Source: an uncultured Planctomycetaceae bacterium
Lineage (GTDB): Bacteria; Planctomycetota; Planctomycetia; Planctomycetales; Planctomycetaceae
Length of the DNA: 64,000 nucleotides
NCBI GenBank assembly: GCA_963976765.1
Contig: CAXBME010000006.1
Coordinates: forward strand, 248,001 to 312,000
Direction: 5' to 3'
Both the position numbers and the translations under genes were made by a program. How positions within the stretch are numbered: the stretch's first letter is position 1; the number at the start of each line of letters is the position of its first letter. Below are positions 60,691-64,000 of the stretch, one piece after another. Under the pieces are notes generated by a model that saw only the letters and a program-made list of their open reading frames with translations, ran no database searches and was not told the origin of the DNA.

Positions 60691-60725
60691 AATCATAAGA
60701 TTGATCAGCAACGGGTGCTGTCGGG

Positions 60726-61007
60726 TCAGTGGCTGAGGTCATCGCACATCGCGCAGGATTCCACGCCGGAGTCGGCAGGCTGGCCGGACTCAATACAGAG
60801 AGTGGCGAGCAGGTTGCAGTGCCAGGCGGTGACTGGCTCACTCGCTTGTTGCCCGCAACAGCGACGGAGTCTGCATGTGCCGGACTCGGCGCCACGATGG
60901 ATGCAGGGGACATGACTGTCCGCGCGCGGAACCGGCGGTGTTGTCGGTCGAGCTACCGGCGACCATGGCGTGCCGGAATCGGACGGCTCAAATGGCGATA
61001 CGATCAT
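60726..61007 (-). CDS. Small Cys-rich hypothetical protein
   Basis: CIHRG...C...CC...C.....C.....C..C; ATGA overlap with the upstream gene. Confidence 0.6.
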   Translation of the reverse strand: MIVSPFEPSDSGTPWSPVARPTTPPVPRADSHVPCIHRGAESGTCRLRRCCGQQASEPVTAWHCNLLATLCIESGQPADSGVESCAMCDDLSH

Positions 61008-62878
61008 CTCATCCAGACCCTGAAATCACTGAGTCTGCCGCCGCAAAGCCCGACCAGTCCCAGACGCATCTGCTGATCAGACGCCACTGTCCAGTGCCGC
61101 CCCAGCAGGCCACTGCCTGCTGCCAGTGGTAGGACGGCGTTCGTGACCAGCCGGCCATTGATCCAGATCCCGTAACTCATCATCCACTCACGCCAGACTC
61201 GCTGGATGGCAACACAATCGAAATTTTCGAGAATGCCCTGGACGACTGCCTGATTGATCAGCACGTCGGCGTCGCTTACCGACCGCCGAATCACGACTCG
61301 CACGCGGTCGCCCGACAGCGGACGTTGCACGCCAGACCAACTGCTCGCGCCGCAGTCCGGGTTTCCGCTGCCGCTACTCGCCGCGCCGGTGGCTCCGGTG
61401 TAGTTACATTCGATGTTGGAGTTTCCAGCGTAGGACGGCAGCGGTTGCGTGTGCCGGTTGCTCGCAGTGTCTCGCTGACAATGGAGTTTCAGGTGAACAC
61501 CCGCCGGACCGCAATCGTGATCCTGATGCCAGCTTTCTCGACGTAGCGTCAGCCGGATGAAGCTGTCGATCCAGATGCCCGCGTCGACTTCACGCTCATG
61601 GTATGGCTGCGAGCCATCGATATGATCGGCCTCGTCAATGGTGTGCCACGTGAAATCGATCTGAAGCCGAAAGTCTTCGGGAAAGGTCAGACTCGGCAGC
61701 GAAATCATCGGCGGACTCAGCCTCATGGCGTGATATTTCTCCGCCGCGAACAGCGTGTCGATTCCGTCCTGTCCTACCAGGCCATCAACCAGCACTGTCG
61801 GCCTGATGCCGCTGCATGAAAGCAGCTGCTGCTGGCCAATTGGCGCGTCCCAATCCTGGAGAATTTCCAGCGGATACCCATCGTCCCAGCCAGACGGAAT
61901 GGCCGTCAGCGGCTCGTCGATCAGCAGCGTGCCAGCATTGACCACCGCACCAATCTCGTCATTCATTTTCGGCACGCCGTGCGTTTCGATAGACAGCCAG
62001 AGATGATCGACGACGACATCCAGCAGATACTCGCCTTCAGATGTGCCAGGGTCCGTGTCCTGCATGTCCGGATCATGGCCGCTCAACAAAAATGCGATGC
62101 CGAATTTTGTGATCGGCCTGGAAACGACGTCGAAACTCAAATCGGGTCTCTGATCAGTATCCCAGACTCCGTCAGTGTCGATCACGGAGAAGAACGATTC
62201 GCATCGGCCAAGGTACGGATCGGGCATACCTGCTTGCCTGCGTCCCTCCGAGTAATACGGCGAGCGAAAGAAGTCGGAAAGGCCGAAGCCGAAATCGGCG
62301 GTGTCGGCGACTGTGCCGGTGAATGGCGACCAGCAACCCTTGAGGAATTGATTCCCGCTCGAACCGATCCACCACGAAAAGTATTTGACGCCGGCCTGTT
62401 CAATTACGATGGCTACGCGTACTCGTGGGCGAGCGTTTTCGTCCAGAGTCAGCGGCGACCGTTTGTTGTGCAGCCGCCAGGCACCACGGGCTCGCATGTT
62501 CTTGATCGAGCCCTGCACGCTCGGATCATAGGTCGCGCCGGAGTCGTCCCACAAAATAGTGCCAGCCACCCACGGATCAGCACTGGCACTGGTCGCGGCA
62601 ATTGTCACCCGACGACTGCCGCCACTGTCGGCGCCTGGGGCCGTGCGGCTGTCTGCCGCAACGCTGACAGTCGCTGCAACGCTGCCGAACGTGACTGTCT
62701 CAGTGGTCAGCGACTGCTCTCCGTCTCGCTCGTCAATAATCAGGATGCCAGCCGCGTCACCGGCATCAGCTCCGGCAAAGGTGATCGGCACCGGCAACGC
62801 TAATGGCGGACACTCAAAACAGTGGCACATACATTCCGCGTCGGAATTACCGACTGGAGTTCCGATTTTCATCATCAA
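61004..62878 (-). CDS. Hypothetical protein, possibly virion/tail-associated
   Basis: 624 aa, Cys-rich N-terminus (CMCHCFEC), beta-rich composition, coupled to both neighbours. Confidence 0.6.
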   Translation of the reverse strand: MMMKIGTPVGNSDAECMCHCFECPPLALPVPITFAGADAGDAAGILIIDERDGEQSLTTETVTFGSVAATVSVAADSRTAPGADSGGSRRVTIAATSASADPWVAGTILWDDSGATYDPSVQGSIKNMRARGAWRLHNKRSPLTLDENARPRVRVAIVIEQAGVKYFSWWIGSSGNQFLKGCWSPFTGTVADTADFGFGLSDFFRSPYYSEGRRQAGMPDPYLGRCESFFSVIDTDGVWDTDQRPDLSFDVVSRPITKFGIAFLLSGHDPDMQDTDPGTSEGEYLLDVVVDHLWLSIETHGVPKMNDEIGAVVNAGTLLIDEPLTAIPSGWDDGYPLEILQDWDAPIGQQQLLSCSGIRPTVLVDGLVGQDGIDTLFAAEKYHAMRLSPPMISLPSLTFPEDFRLQIDFTWHTIDEADHIDGSQPYHEREVDAGIWIDSFIRLTLRRESWHQDHDCGPAGVHLKLHCQRDTASNRHTQPLPSYAGNSNIECNYTGATGAASSGSGNPDCGASSWSGVQRPLSGDRVRVVIRRSVSDADVLINQAVVQGILENFDCVAIQRVWREWMMSYGIWINGRLVTNAVLPLAAGSGLLGRHWTVASDQQMRLGLVGLCGGRLSDFRVWMR

Positions 62879-63669
62879 TCAAATTCCAGTTCGGACGACT
62901 GGCAACCCAACGCGACGAGACGCCATTTGCTGCCCTGGAGTCTTGCCAACGCCAACGTGCTCTCGTCGGCTGAGACGTTTTCCCACATGCTGTTCAATTC
63001 AATATCGTCATCCGTGCTCGACCATACGCCGGAACTGTCAAAGTCATAGATTCTCGCATTGACGGTCGATGGCGTCAGGACGGGCGGCGAACCGCTGACG
63101 GTTGGCGGCTGAAGGTCTGTGACCAGGTAGCAGAACGCTTCGGCGGTGAACGGCGTCAGGTCGACCGTTGCCCATTGCTCGCCCGTGGCTGTGAACGGTC
63201 TCGGCCAGCGAATCAGACCGCCGCCGGCTCCGCACGTCTCCAGAAGGCCGAGCGTGTTGTGTTGCGGCCTGACATATTGATGCTCGACGTTAAGGACGTT
63301 GACCCTGCAGTTCAGGCGCCCCTCGAGGCGAGCAAGGCCGACTCGGCCATCAGGAATAGCATGCAGGCTGACGGCAAAACGATCCAGATGGTCGGCATGT
63401 GTCGGCTTGATGCTGTTCCAGATTTCGCCATCCCGAAAACTCGATTCAAAGTCGGCAGGGTCGTTCTTTACTGCGTCAAGTCCGACGGCCTGGAACTGCT
63501 CGACCGTGACACCGGTGTTGTTGAAGATCGGAAACTGATCTCCGTGGGCAGCGGAGAACAGCGGGCGGTTGCCAAACTGATCGCGATCATTCGCGGCATC
63601 TATCGCCGCATTCATCTTCTGGACAGGGATGCGGCGTACCCGCTGGCCACGCTTGAAATTGTGCGGCAT
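62875..63669 (-). CDS. Hypothetical protein, possibly virion structural
   Basis: 264 aa in a coupled minus-strand operon; function inferred from context only. Confidence 0.6.
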   Translation of the reverse strand: MPHNFKRGQRVRRIPVQKMNAAIDAANDRDQFGNRPLFSAAHGDQFPIFNNTGVTVEQFQAVGLDAVKNDPADFESSFRDGEIWNSIKPTHADHLDRFAVSLHAIPDGRVGLARLEGRLNCRVNVLNVEHQYVRPQHNTLGLLETCGAGGGLIRWPRPFTATGEQWATVDLTPFTAEAFCYLVTDLQPPTVSGSPPVLTPSTVNARIYDFDSSGVWSSTDDDIELNSMWENVSADESTLALARLQGSKWRLVALGCQSSELEFD

Positions 63670-63680
63670 TTAGACCTCAA

Positions 63681-63998
63681 TCAGCAAATCGGCTCTGCAC
63701 GGGTAACAGTGATCTGTTCCTGTTTTTTGCCGACTCGGCCATTTGTAAACCAGGTAACCGTTCCGCCGCCATTGGCTGTTGCGGTGGCGACCTTCCTCGC
63801 CTCAACAGTCAGCGTGTCAGCGTCGACAACTTCAGTGATCCGTTGCGAACCGCTGACGCACACGCCGCCGACCTCTTCATCAGGGACCAGGAAAATATGG
63901 TGCGGGCCAGTCGATTGCGTCAGGCCGTGGCCAGGGATTGTCAGTGTGACCGTCGCTGAATCTTCTGTCGTGCTGATCGGATTATTTGCTGTACCAGT
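63681..63998 (-). CDS. 3' part of a putative tail/structural protein (truncated by window)
   Basis: Frame open to the window edge: NPISTTEDSATVTLTIPGHGL...ITEVVDADTLTV...ATATANGGGTVT, a Thr/Gly-rich pattern recalled from phage tail proteins. Confidence 0.55.
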   Translation of the reverse strand, partial: TGTANNPISTTEDSATVTLTIPGHGLTQSTGPHHIFLVPDEEVGGVCVSGSQRITEVVDADTLTVEARKVATATANGGGTVTWFTNGRVGKKQEQITVTRAEPIC

Positions 63999-64000
63999 GT

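Larger units (their letters stand above)
49260..64000. mobile_element. Probable prophage integrated at tRNA-Asp (continues beyond window)
   Basis: att-like tRNA fragment, tyrosine recombinase, CsrA, exonuclease, ASCH, Rep with iterons, ParB, MTase, HicAB, tightly coupled hypothetical genes; no capsid or terminase inside the window. Confidence 0.8.

Noticed and set aside
60729..61076. Plus-strand 115-aa ORF
   Set aside because: Antisense to the Cys-rich ORF that is translationally coupled within the minus-strand operon

Overview
GC-rich bacterial DNA whose gene content (DUF1592/DUF1552 and DUF1549-DUF1553/DUF1501 pairs, planctomycete cytochrome c domains, sulfatase, DUF1080) points to a Planctomycetota genome. 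Positions 1-49.2 kb are chromosomal backbone: proS, asnS, priA, queG, aceEF, a hybrid kinase plus REC-GGDEF pair, a Lys/Ala histone-H1-like protein, an Flp pilin, a TroABC-type metal ABC operon whose permease is fused to a DtxR-like repressor, and carbohydrate-active genes. At 49260-49306 a 3' fragment of tRNA-Asp(GTC), followed by a terminator, marks an attachment site. From there to the window end lies a probable prophage: a tyrosine recombinase lacking its first catalytic Arg, CsrA, a 5'-3' exonuclease, ASCH, a replication initiator with internal 11-bp iterons, ParB, a DNA methyltransferase, a hicA-hicB-HTH cassette with twin operators, and convergent putative virion genes. The most unusual signal is apparent same-strand gene overprinting in the prophage early region. 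A second frame stays open for about 515 codons across the whole recombinase, and two similar SD-led small ORFs sit inside the exonuclease ORF, one on each side of the nuclease domain. All family calls come from motif recognition by eye; no database searches were run.
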